This document shows, one piece after another, positions 49,649 through 58,253 of a stretch of 64,000 nt of DNA. How positions within the stretch are numbered: position 1 is the stretch's first letter; every line of letters starts with the position of its first letter. The position numbers and the translations under genes are program-made. This stretch comes from a virus (lineage: Duplodnaviria; Caudoviricetes). Location of the stretch: the IMG/VR virus record IMGVR_UViG_2974751360_000001, positions 3,663-67,662 of that record; one strand, given 5' to 3'. The notes beneath the pieces are model-generated. The model did not search any database. It had not been told where the DNA came from and worked only from the letters and a program-made list of their open reading frames with translations.

Positions 49649-49940
49649 CGGCGATCACCGCTTCCGAGGCGATCGTGATGACGCGATCCCAGTTAACCTC
49701 CAGCAGGGTCATGTGGGTGCCGCTGTTCGCGTTCGGGACCTTGGTCGAGGCGTTCGCCTCTCGCAAGGGCAGGAAGGTGAGCATGTGGGGCTCACCGGTG
49801 TGAACGACGTAGCCGACGAGGTCGCGGAGGGTTCCGCCGACGCCGATCTCGTAGCGCAGGGTCGCGGTCAGCGGGTCGATCTCGCCATAGTTCTGTTCGA
49901 CGTAGGTCTCGATAGCAGTGCTGATGTGGCGCTTGGACAT
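49641..49940 (-). CDS. hypothetical protein
   Basis: GAGG RBS before MSKRHIS. Confidence 0.6.
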   Translation of the reverse strand: MSKRHISTAIETYVEQNYGEIDPLTATLRYEIGVGGTLRDLVGYVVHTGEPHMLTFLPLREANASTKVPNANSGTHMTLLEVNWDRVITIASEAVIADD

Positions 49941-49969
49941 GGATTCCTCTCGGGGCAGGTGGGACGGTA

Positions 49970-50146
49970 TCAGGACATCCGGACAGGGGTGGGGTTGGTC
50001 GCCCCGCAGTCCAGGCACACCCTCTGGCCGAGGCGCACGACTCCGGCAGGGTGTCCGTCCTGGGTGGCGGGGCGGGTGACCCAGTCCTTGACCGTGGTCC
50101 GGGGGTGCTTGCAGCGCTTGTGCGCCCGGCGCTCAGCCCGGTTCAC
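49970..50146 (-). CDS. small Zn-finger-like protein
   Basis: NRAERRA...CKH...CLDCG; GTGA overlap. Confidence 0.55.
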   Translation of the reverse strand: MNRAERRAHKRCKHPRTTVKDWVTRPATQDGHPAGVVRLGQRVCLDCGATNPTPVRMS

Positions 50147-50529
50147 TGGACCGACGGGAATGCGCCGCGGAACACGTGCCAGACGAGCCCGCCGTCGCGG
50201 ATCGTCGCGATGTGGGCCTCCATCGCCATGTAGACGTTCTCGTGCTTGTGGTCTCGGGTCCCCTCGATGGTCTGCACGCACCCGCGGATGCGCTCCTCGT
50301 GCAGCGGGTGACCGGTGCCGCGGATTTCGATCGGGACGTATTCGAACGAGTCCGGGTGGGTCTCGACGATCATCCAGATGTCGATCATGGACCGGAGATC
50401 GTTGCTACCAAGAGGGAGCTGTTTGGTGGAGCTGAGATCGGCAGCGAGAATGCCAACGACGGTCGCCCCCTCGACCTTGATCTGCTGGCTGTCGGTGATC
50501 GGGACGGTGAACTTCCAGATGGTTCTCAT
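50143..50529 (-). CDS. conserved phage hypothetical protein
   Basis: MRTIWKF...GTGH...GLVWHVF motif. Confidence 0.7.
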   Translation of the reverse strand: MRTIWKFTVPITDSQQIKVEGATVVGILAADLSSTKQLPLGSNDLRSMIDIWMIVETHPDSFEYVPIEIRGTGHPLHEERIRGCVQTIEGTRDHKHENVYMAMEAHIATIRDGGLVWHVFRGAFPSVQ

Positions 50530-52613
50530 GCTGCCTTCTTTCGGTCGATGGGGGTGAGCAGGGACTTCGCGAACGTGACGCCGCGTTGGCCGTCGATGAG
50601 CATCTTCGTCAGGCGCTCCCGACTGCCGGTGGTGAAGGCGATGTTCTCTTCGATGGTTCCGAGGGTGCGCAGGTAGTGGATCGTGACCTGATGGACCCGA
50701 GAGACGCGGTGAATGCGGTCTTCGACCTGCTCCTGCTCGTCGGGAATCCAGGTCTCGTCGAGGAACACGAGATCGTCGGCTGCGTCGAGGGTGAGCGAAA
50801 CACCGCCAGCCTGGGTGTTGAGCAGGAACACGCGCGGCCCGCCGACGGACTGCCAGCGGTCCTTGTTGGCCTTCCGCTGCGCCTGGGGCACTTTGCCGGT
50901 CACCTTCAGGCACTCGATCCCGAGCTTGGCGAGCTCGCGCTCGTACATGTCGAGGATCGAGGTGAACTGGCTGGCGACGACCACCTTGCGGACGGCCTCC
51001 TCCTCGTCCGGCTCCATCGACGAGTGCTTGTTGATGCCGAGGGAGTCGAGGAACTCGACCAGCCACGCGAACTTGTTCGACGGCATCTGGGGCAGGAAGC
51101 GGTAGGCCTCCTCGCCGTCCTTCATGAACGTCTCGATGTCGCCGTGGCAGATCGCGAACTGCTTCATCCGGGTCAGCTCTGCGAGGAACGTCGACGCGAC
51201 GAGGATGCCTGAGTCGAGCATGGTCTCGGCCTCTTCGGAGATCTCGCGGTAGGCCTTCTCCTGCTTGGCGTCCATCGTGAGCCAGTGGCCGATCGGGCTG
51301 TCGTCGTCGAAGGTCCCGTCCTCGTACGGCAGCGGGGTCCCCGCGTAGAGCTTCGGCGGGAGTTCGGCGTACACCTCGGCCTTGGTCCGGCGCAGCATGA
51401 TCGGCGCGATGTCCTCGTAGAACAACTTCGCCTTGGTCTCGTCCAGACCGGCGATCTCGACGTTGCCCGGGCCGCGGCCTTCCTGGTTCGCTCGGACGTC
51501 GCCGAGCACGTGGAACCACTGCTGTGCCCAGGTCCAGTAGGCGTGGTATTTGTCCGGGTAGAGCCAGTTCAGGGTGCCCCAGAGGTTCTCGACCTTCCCG
51601 CGGAACGGGGTGCCGGACAGCGCGATCTTCATGCCGCCCTCGCGCACGGGGATCATGCCCGCACCGGCGCGCACCTGGGTCTGGCTCTGCGGGGTCGCAG
51701 AGTGGCAGATGAGCGCGCGGTGGCTCTCGTCGATGATGAACGCCGACCACTCCCGCTCGTGGAGCTGGGGGTACTTGTGGTCCCACCACCCGGGCTCTTT
51801 GAAGGTGCCCATCTTGCCGGTGCGCTTGTGCGGCCGAGTGACCGGCATCGGCGGGATCCACTGCGAGCGCATCATCTCCAGATTGATGATGATCCACCGG
51901 CGGCGGTCGGTCGGCGGCGGTCCGAGGCGGTCGAGAATAGCCTTGCGGGTCTTCCCCTGCCCCATGATCGCGATGCACTCTTCGTCGGGAGCCCAGACCG
52001 CGAGTTCGTCCGGCCAGGTGGTCGCCACCGCAATCGACGGCGCCGCGACGAGGATGTCGCCGACGATGCCTGCCTCGGCCATCGAGCCGATGGTCTGGAG
52101 CGTCTTGCCCAGGCCGGGGTGGTCGGCGAGCAGCGCGGCGCGCGTGTGGGTGAGGAACGCGATCCCGGCCCGCTGGTACGCGCGGACCATGCGGTTGACC
52201 GCGGGCAGCTCGGCTCGGAACCGGTCGCTGAGTTCGGCGTCCGACTTCGCGCTGGCGAAGTTCTCGATGTTGCCCAGCCGCTCGATTTCGTCGAGGGCCC
52301 AGTCTTCCAGCCCGGCCGAGGTCCACAGATCCTCGCCGGTCGGACCGCCGAAGGCCTGTCGCAGAGCCTTGCAGTTGGTCAGGCTCAGGTCGATCTCCCC
52401 GCCACCGGAGGTGACGTCGCGACCACCCAGCTCTTTGAGCTGCATCATCAGGTGATCGCGGTACTCAACCTTCAGGCCGGTCGGCCACCACAGCTCGATG
52501 GTGGTGAGCGAGGTGTCGCCGTCGGCCCGCTGTGCCCAGAACGCGCCCTCTTTCAGCGCTGCGATTCGTTCGAGGTCTGTTGGGTTGTCGGAAACGAGCT
52601 CGATGGCTCCCAT
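50526..52613 (-). CDS. SNF2-family DNA helicase
   Basis: LADHPGLGKTLQ, IIDESH, LSGTP, QVEDRIHR. Confidence 0.9.
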   Translation of the reverse strand: MGAIELVSDNPTDLERIAALKEGAFWAQRADGDTSLTTIELWWPTGLKVEYRDHLMMQLKELGGRDVTSGGGEIDLSLTNCKALRQAFGGPTGEDLWTSAGLEDWALDEIERLGNIENFASAKSDAELSDRFRAELPAVNRMVRAYQRAGIAFLTHTRAALLADHPGLGKTLQTIGSMAEAGIVGDILVAAPSIAVATTWPDELAVWAPDEECIAIMGQGKTRKAILDRLGPPPTDRRRWIIINLEMMRSQWIPPMPVTRPHKRTGKMGTFKEPGWWDHKYPQLHEREWSAFIIDESHRALICHSATPQSQTQVRAGAGMIPVREGGMKIALSGTPFRGKVENLWGTLNWLYPDKYHAYWTWAQQWFHVLGDVRANQEGRGPGNVEIAGLDETKAKLFYEDIAPIMLRRTKAEVYAELPPKLYAGTPLPYEDGTFDDDSPIGHWLTMDAKQEKAYREISEEAETMLDSGILVASTFLAELTRMKQFAICHGDIETFMKDGEEAYRFLPQMPSNKFAWLVEFLDSLGINKHSSMEPDEEEAVRKVVVASQFTSILDMYERELAKLGIECLKVTGKVPQAQRKANKDRWQSVGGPRVFLLNTQAGGVSLTLDAADDLVFLDETWIPDEQEQVEDRIHRVSRVHQVTIHYLRTLGTIEENIAFTTGSRERLTKMLIDGQRGVTFAKSLLTPIDRKKAA

Positions 52614-53122
52614 GTGATCTCCCCGGAGTTCATCTGGTCGGCAATGCGGGTCAGCTTGTTGCGGTACTGCGGAGCGCCCTCGCGACCGGTGAAGGTCACT
52701 CCGGCCCAGGTGCCGTGCAGGCGAGCGGCGACACCCTGGAAGCGAGCGAAGTCCTGGGCAGCGGAGAGCGCGTCACGCGAGCATAGGGCGAGGAACGGAC
52801 AGTCCTGTTTGCACCGCTTCTCGACGAACCGTTTGTGCTCGCGGGTGAGTTCCTGGTCCCACTTCGTGTCGCCGAGATCGTGCTCCGGAGGGATGAACGT
52901 GTCGCCGAGGCCGTCGCAGGGCTTCAGCTCGGAGCGCCAACCGCGGAGGTCGGCCGGTACCTCGGGAACGTCGAACTCCATCGCGACGTTGCGCTCGACC
53001 TGCCGAGGCGTTCCGAAGACTCGCTCTTCGACGGTTGGGCCCTCGATGCGCTGGCTGGCGACGACTCGTACGCCCTGGAAGTAGAACGCGGCATTCGCGT
53101 GGTTGCCGAGTCGGATGGTCAA
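52553..53122 (-). CDS. WhiB-like protein (divergent)
   Basis: PC...F...RCKQDCPFLALC...HGTWAG. Confidence 0.55.
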   Translation of the reverse strand: MTIRLGNHANAAFYFQGVRVVASQRIEGPTVEERVFGTPRQVERNVAMEFDVPEVPADLRGWRSELKPCDGLGDTFIPPEHDLGDTKWDQELTREHKRFVEKRCKQDCPFLALCSRDALSAAQDFARFQGVAARLHGTWAGVTFTGREGAPQYRNKLTRIADQMNSGEITWEPSSSFPTTQQTSNESQR

Positions 53123-53295
53123 CGCGGTTCGTTCCCGACGATGTACGGCGCGCTGAGATTGCTCTCGCTGTGCTGCGGGACGCCGTCGAGGTGGTTCTTC
53201 AGCGCCTCCTCTTCGGAGGTGGCGGTGACCGAGAAGGTCGTGATGGTGGTCTGCTCGACCGCGACGAGGAAGTCGCGAGGCTCGGGGTTGTCCAC
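53119..53295 (-). CDS. 58-aa hypothetical protein (not in the ORF track)
   Basis: AGGAG RBS + GTG; MDNPEPRDFLVAVEQTTITTFSVTATSEEEALKN... Confidence 0.6.
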   Translation of the reverse strand: MDNPEPRDFLVAVEQTTITTFSVTATSEEEALKNHLDGVPQHSESNLSAPYIVGNEPR

Positions 53296-53372
53296 GGTGG
53301 TCTCCTGGATGACGAGGGAGACGGCCGGACCGGTGATGGCCCGGCCGTCAGGGTGAAGCGTAGACCTCGCGA

Positions 53373-53702
53373 CTACGAGGCGTCTTCGTCCTCGCCGTCA
53401 CCGGGCTCCTCGGCCGGTCCCTCGTCGGTCTCGTCGTCGAAGTAGGTCGGCGCCTCGTACGTGTAGTCCGGGCCGGTGCGCGGCAGCTCGCCCATGTTCA
53501 CCGGCGCGGTGTTGGCGTCGCCGCCGATGGTGCTGCCGTCGGTCGAGACGATCGGCGGCGGGCACGGAGCTGTGCCCGTCGCGGTGACCATCGTGCAGGG
53601 TCGGACCGGTGCGGCTTCGACTTCGCCGGTCAACGCGGCAGCGATGGGTCCGAAGACAAAGACGACGGCGGCGAGAAGGAAGATGGCGATTCGGGTCTTC
53701 AT
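53373..53702 (-). CDS. secreted or membrane-anchored protein
   Basis: Signal-like N-terminus MKTRIAIFLLAAVVFVF; acidic tail. Confidence 0.7.
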   Translation of the reverse strand: MKTRIAIFLLAAVVFVFGPIAAALTGEVEAAPVRPCTMVTATGTAPCPPPIVSTDGSTIGGDANTAPVNMGELPRTGPDYTYEAPTYFDDETDEGPAEEPGDGEDEDAS

Positions 53703-53741
53703 TGTGGTTCTCCTGGTTGGTGTTTCGTGCGGGTGGAACTA

Positions 53742-53770
53742 ACTGTACACGGTTGGTGTCAACCGGTCAA
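53742..53770 (-). promoter_or_regulatory. leftward promoter with variant palindrome TTGACACCAA
   Basis: TTGACC-17 bp-TACAGT on the minus strand. Confidence 0.7.
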
Positions 53771-54210
53771 GGAAAGGGTCGGAGGTCGTTGTCGACCGCG
53801 CTGAAGACACCCAGCGGGACCGAGGTGACGCCGTCGCCATAGAGGAAGATCTGGTCGGTGCCGGAGAAGGAGTACTCCTCCTCGGCTCCGGCGGTGACGT
53901 TGAGCGTGACGGTCTCCCCATCGCTGCCGGTCATGTAGATCTGACGCAGCTCGGCAATGACGATCTTCACCGATTCGAGATCCTGCCCCATTCGCTTGAC
54001 GAAGCCGATGTAGCGACCGATGTCGCGGCCCATCAGCTCGCAGGCGTAGATGGTCACCGGCTCGTCGTCCACTGTCGGCGGCTCGCGTCGAGCGATCCAC
54101 CCGGAAACGGCGGTGGTGGGGGCACAGATGGGCATCCTCTCGTCCCGACCCAGCGCGTCGGTGGCGTTCGCAGGGGTGTGACGGGGCTGGATCTTGGTCT
54201 TCGAGGCCAT
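53767..54210 (-). CDS. hypothetical protein
   Basis: 147 aa, codon bias. Confidence 0.7.
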   Translation of the reverse strand: MASKTKIQPRHTPANATDALGRDERMPICAPTTAVSGWIARREPPTVDDEPVTIYACELMGRDIGRYIGFVKRMGQDLESVKIVIAELRQIYMTGSDGETVTLNVTAGAEEEYSFSGTDQIFLYGDGVTSVPLGVFSAVDNDLRPFP

Positions 54211-54215
54211 GTGGG

Positions 54216-55154
54216 TTATCCGATCCTGGTGATGCGAGCGACGGCGACGGAGCGGAAGCCGCCGCCGGTCTGGATGAAGTGGAGGATGCGCAGGTCTTCG
54301 CCGTGCTCCTCGGGATCGAACTCGGCGGGGGTGATGTGCGGCGGGTACTTCTCGGTCGACCCGTCGACCACGGAGGAGTCGATGGTCCCCGACAGCGAAT
54401 TGCGCCAGGTGATCTCGACATGGTTGTTCGACTTCCGGTTGACCCCGAGCTTGGTCAGGATCTCCTCGGAGGTGAGCGGGGACGCGACCGACGACCAGTT
54501 GCGATGCGGGTTGGTCTGCTGCTGGCGCACCGCGGCGTAGGTCTCCTGTTGCGAGAAGGTCGGATGGACCGCGTCGGCGGGCTTGGCCTTCTCCGCGGCG
54601 CCGATGTGCGCGAGGGCTTCGTCGGCGACGGCTCGATGGTCGGCCTTGGGGACGATCCCGAACGCCTCCGGGGTGGTCTCCATATGGGCGGCACTATGGG
54701 CGGCACTCTCGTCGCCGGTTTCCGTATGGGCGGCACTGGTGGGCGGCACGTCCTGGTGGGCGGCACTATGGGCGGCACTGGTGGGCGGCACTGGGGTGTC
54801 CTGCTCGGCCACCGGGCCTTCGTAGTCGACGAGCGACGGCGGCTTGACGTGGAAGTCGTTCTCGATCGCCTCGCGCACCGCGCCACCCTCGGTGTCCAGC
54901 ACGGTCTGAGTGCCGTCGAGCGCGACGTGGGTGACCTGATCGCTGTCGGTGTCCGGGTCGATGGCGTAGAAGGCCTTCAGCTCCTCTGCGCCCCAGTCGC
55001 CGTCGAGGTCGCGCCGCAGCGTGACAAATGCGAACTTGCGGTTGGCCTTCGGCCCCTTCGTGGCCTCCCAGCCGTACTTGGCGGCGTGGTCGGTGATCGA
55101 GTTCGCGAGCTCCAGCGCGTCGATCTTCGCCTGCTCGAAGTCTTCAGGTGACAT
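54216..55154 (-). CDS. hypothetical protein with internal repeat linker
   Basis: AGGAG RBS; SAAH/VPPT repeats. Confidence 0.75.
   Translation of the reverse strand: MSPEDFEQAKIDALELANSITDHAAKYGWEATKGPKANRKFAFVTLRRDLDGDWGAEELKAFYAIDPDTDSDQVTHVALDGTQTVLDTEGGAVREAIENDFHVKPPSLVDYEGPVAEQDTPVPPTSAAHSAAHQDVPPTSAAHTETGDESAAHSAAHMETTPEAFGIVPKADHRAVADEALAHIGAAEKAKPADAVHPTFSQQETYAAVRQQQTNPHRNWSSVASPLTSEEILTKLGVNRKSNNHVEITWRNSLSGTIDSSVVDGSTEKYPPHITPAEFDPEEHGEDLRILHFIQTGGGFRSVAVARITRIG
54685..54791. repeat. seven copies of TGGGCGGCAC
   Basis: Copies start at 54685, 54697, 54727, 54740, 54757, 54769, 54782. Confidence 0.9.
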
Positions 55155-55323
55155 GGTTCTCCTATTTTCGTGAAAACTGTTATCTCACATAATTATTCAA
55201 ATTCAATATCATCATCAACATCCGCGAAATCGGCTGTACCGGCGTACCGGGGGCTCGGGCGGGCGGGGCGCGGGCGCGCGTCGCGGGGCACGGACCACGG
55301 CGATGTGTCATGCGCGCGGTCGA

Positions 55324-55375
55324 TCGAAAGTCTGTTCGATGGATCGAAAGTCTGTTCGATCGAACCTGTGTTCGA
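55324..55375. promoter_or_regulatory. three tandem actinobacterial LexA (SOS) boxes
   Basis: TCGAAAGTCTGTTCGA twice and TCGAACCTGTGTTCGA; consensus TCGAAC-N4-GTTCGA. Confidence 0.65.
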
Positions 55376-55621
55376 TCGGGTGTCGGTCCGGCCGGGGTGA
55401 CCCTCTCGCGCGATTGGCTGCGCGGTCGCCGTGTCCTGACACCCGGCGCGCTAACCCTGTCGCCGTGCGAGGCTCTGGCCTCGCCGTGTCCCGCTGTTGA
55501 CTTGTCGAAGAACTTGCGCCGTCTGGCGCGTTGGAACAACTGTAACCGTTAGTGGGCAACCGACGCAACTCCGACCGGTGACCCGGCCGTGTCGCGAACG
55601 TCTGCGCTGTTCATGAGGGAC

Positions 55622-55670
55622 ACGGTACGTGTCCTCTCGGTTGACGTCAACCGTTCACAGTGCTTACTGT
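55622..55670. promoter_or_regulatory. divergent promoter pair sharing palindrome CGGTTGACGTCAACCG
   Basis: Plus strand TTGACG-18-TACTGT; minus strand TTGACG-17-TACCGT. Confidence 0.65.
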
Positions 55671-55711
55671 GTCCTCACCGGCCGCACACGGCGACCGGAT
55701 GAGAGGACACC

Positions 55712-56515
55712 ATGACACTCACACTCACCCCGCTCACCGGAGCCGACGCGCAGCGTTTCGACGGCGCGCAGTTCGACGACGGGACCGCCTACCGGGTCGC
55801 CGATACCCGCGTGTCCGGCGTCGTCGCCGCGCGCCGGATCCTGTCGGGCAACGGATCGCCGACGCACCGGCCGATCGACCCGACAACCGACGCGGCGCGC
55901 GAGGACACCCCGACCGCGCTGTATCCCGCGCTGTGGCTCACGTTCGGCGCGCAGGCGCGCGGGACCTACCTGAACACTCACGACACCGTCGAGATGTACC
56001 CGGAACCGTTCAACGTCAACGGCCGCGACTATCACCGGGTGACGGTGCACGTTGATTTCTATCCGGTCGGTGTCGCCGGTCTCGACGTCGATTACAGATC
56101 ACCCCAATCGGTGTCGCCGTGGAACCGGTACCCGGTCGAGACCGCGCGAAAGCGTGCCCGGGATCTCGCCGACGGCGTCGGGGGTGTCCTGTTTGTCGAG
56201 AGCGTGCCCGGGACCAACGGCGAGCGCTCGCACGGTGTGTTCATCGCCGACGTCTCGCAGTATGACCGCGGCGAGATGACAGAAGCGGGCCGACGGACGG
56301 CCGAAAGGATCGCCGTCGAGATCCTGCGCGCACAGATCGACGCCGGTGTCGAGACCGATTGGCTCGACGACGTCGCCAATCACATCAACGGGCAGATCGC
56401 CGCGGCCGACGAAATCGCGCACCGGTGGAACGTCGAGAGCGCGAGGCTTCAGAACCTGCGCGTTGCGGCGCGCACCGCGGCCGTCGCCGGTCACAGTGTG
56501 CGGGTCGCCCGGTGA
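55712..56515 (+). CDS. hypothetical protein
   Basis: GAGG RBS; 267 aa; 1 Lys. Confidence 0.75.
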   Translation: MTLTLTPLTGADAQRFDGAQFDDGTAYRVADTRVSGVVAARRILSGNGSPTHRPIDPTTDAAREDTPTALYPALWLTFGAQARGTYLNTHDTVEMYPEPFNVNGRDYHRVTVHVDFYPVGVAGLDVDYRSPQSVSPWNRYPVETARKRARDLADGVGGVLFVESVPGTNGERSHGVFIADVSQYDRGEMTEAGRRTAERIAVEILRAQIDAGVETDWLDDVANHINGQIAAADEIAHRWNVESARLQNLRVAARTAAVAGHSVRVAR

Positions 56516-56904
56516 CCGCGGCCGTCGCAACGCGCACCGGGACCGGTCCCCTCGCGATTGACGTCGACCACGTCGGCGAGACCACGGCGACGCTCACCGC
56601 GGCCGGGTACGTCTGGCAAGTGATCGCCGACGCCGACGACACCGGCGCCGACCGGGTGCGTGTCGTGTGCCACGGTCGCCGGGTGTCTCGACTGTTCGAC
56701 CGGTGGCAGTACCCGCGGGCAGACGTGTGGTCGGCCGTCGGCGAGTACGCGGTCGGTCTCCTCACCGGCGCGCAGCGGGTGACACTCACCCTCACCCCGG
56801 CCGACCGCGGCGCCATATCATTCCGCGGCCGACGGCCGTTGCCCGATCACGAGCGGCACGCCGTCGAGAGCGCAGCGCGGCACTACTCCCCCGATCTCTT
56901 CTAA
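56512..56904 (+). CDS. hypothetical protein
   Basis: GTGA overlap; 0 Lys. Confidence 0.65.
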   Translation: MTAAVATRTGTGPLAIDVDHVGETTATLTAAGYVWQVIADADDTGADRVRVVCHGRRVSRLFDRWQYPRADVWSAVGEYAVGLLTGAQRVTLTLTPADRGAISFRGRRPLPDHERHAVESAARHYSPDLF

Positions 56905-56931
56905 CCCTCACTCCCAGGAACAGGACACGCA

Positions 56932-57690
56932 ATGCTGATCTCGACCGAAAACGGCGTCACCTCGACCATCACGACACGCACCCGCTATGCCTACGGCTCG
57001 ACCACGGCGACCGGGACACCCCGCACGTGTGAGGTCATCGTGCGCAGCGGGTACGGCGCCGACGCGATACCGGCCGACCTCGACGCCGTGCGCGCCGGTG
57101 ATCTCGCACCGCAGGCGTGGAACGTCGCACCGACCAACACCCGCGAGTACACGGTTACCCGTTTCATCACGGCGAGCGCTGCGCAGCGTGAGGTGACTTC
57201 ACTCCGACGCGCAGGTTTCAACGCGCAACGCGACGCACGGTCGACACCGGCCGACTACAAACGGCGCAACGGTCCCGGCGCCTACTACACCGGTCCCGAC
57301 GTCGTGCGGCTGGTAGCGCGCACAAACCGGGTATTCGTCGCATGGCGCCGACAGGGCATCACGTGGTGGTACGACGTGACCGTGATCGACCACGGCGCCT
57401 ACTACACGCACCGCAGCGGGGTGCGCGAGATCGGTCACGTCGGCGACTATCTCGACGCCGTGCGCTGGGAAGGCGCGCGGTCGGGGGACACGGTCCCGAC
57501 GGTCACGGCCGGGCGATCGGGGGACCCGATCGCTGTTCGGTTGCACGGGCGAGATCTCGCCAATGTGGCTCAGTGCGAGGGGTGCGGCCGTTTCTGGGAT
57601 GACGCGCACACGTCGAGCGTCACCCCGGCACCGTCGGGCCGGTGCCCATTCGAGTATGACCACGGACAACCGATCGCCCGTTGGTACTGA
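56932..57690 (+). CDS. hypothetical protein with C-terminal Zn-ribbon-like motif
   Basis: CEGCGRFWDD...TPAPSGRCPFEYDH; repeated leader. Confidence 0.7.
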   Translation: MLISTENGVTSTITTRTRYAYGSTTATGTPRTCEVIVRSGYGADAIPADLDAVRAGDLAPQAWNVAPTNTREYTVTRFITASAAQREVTSLRRAGFNAQRDARSTPADYKRRNGPGAYYTGPDVVRLVARTNRVFVAWRRQGITWWYDVTVIDHGAYYTHRSGVREIGHVGDYLDAVRWEGARSGDTVPTVTAGRSGDPIAVRLHGRDLANVAQCEGCGRFWDDAHTSSVTPAPSGRCPFEYDHGQPIARWY

Positions 57691-57719
57691 CACCCTCACT
57701 CACAGAACAGGATTGAGCC

Positions 57720-58178
57720 ATGACAACAACAATCACACCGGGTGCGCTCTCGCGCGCACGTCTCGACCGCGCGTTCGCTGCGGCCGATTGGCATCGCGTC
57801 GGCACGCCGTCCGTGGTCGACGTGTATGAACGGGTGATCCAGCGGGATTACGGCCGGGACCGTTGGTTGGTGCAGGTGTATCGACACCCCAACGGACGGG
57901 TAACCGGCGCAACGTTTTTCGACGGTGACGGGATCGCGTACCCGTTTGACGGCCGGGGTGTCGTGTCGCAGTTGCTCGATTTCCTCGCCGGGGTGCGTTT
58001 CGACGTGATCACGTACAACGGCGCAGTTCCGACGTTCGGTGTGCGCTACGGCCGGTCGTCGCTTCACGTGCGACCGACACGGCGCAGCGCGCGAGATCTC
58101 GCACGACGGCACAGCGCAGCGGGCGAGAGCGTCGAGATCCGGCGCCGGGACCCTCGCGACACGGCCGCGGCCGGATAG
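57720..58178 (+). CDS. hypothetical protein
   Basis: Repeated leader with AGGA; 0 Lys. Confidence 0.7.
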   Translation: MTTTITPGALSRARLDRAFAAADWHRVGTPSVVDVYERVIQRDYGRDRWLVQVYRHPNGRVTGATFFDGDGIAYPFDGRGVVSQLLDFLAGVRFDVITYNGAVPTFGVRYGRSSLHVRPTRRSARDLARRHSAAGESVEIRRRDPRDTAAAG

Positions 58179-58179
58179 T

Positions 58180-58208
58180 TTGCACGGTTGACGTCAACCG
58201 CGTAACGT
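58180..58208 (+). promoter_or_regulatory. promoter with TTGACGTCAA in the spacer
   Basis: TTGCAC-17 bp-TAACGT. Confidence 0.7.
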
Positions 58209-58253
58209 GTCCCTCATCGGGTCACCGGGACCCGCTCACGAAAGGATCGACCC

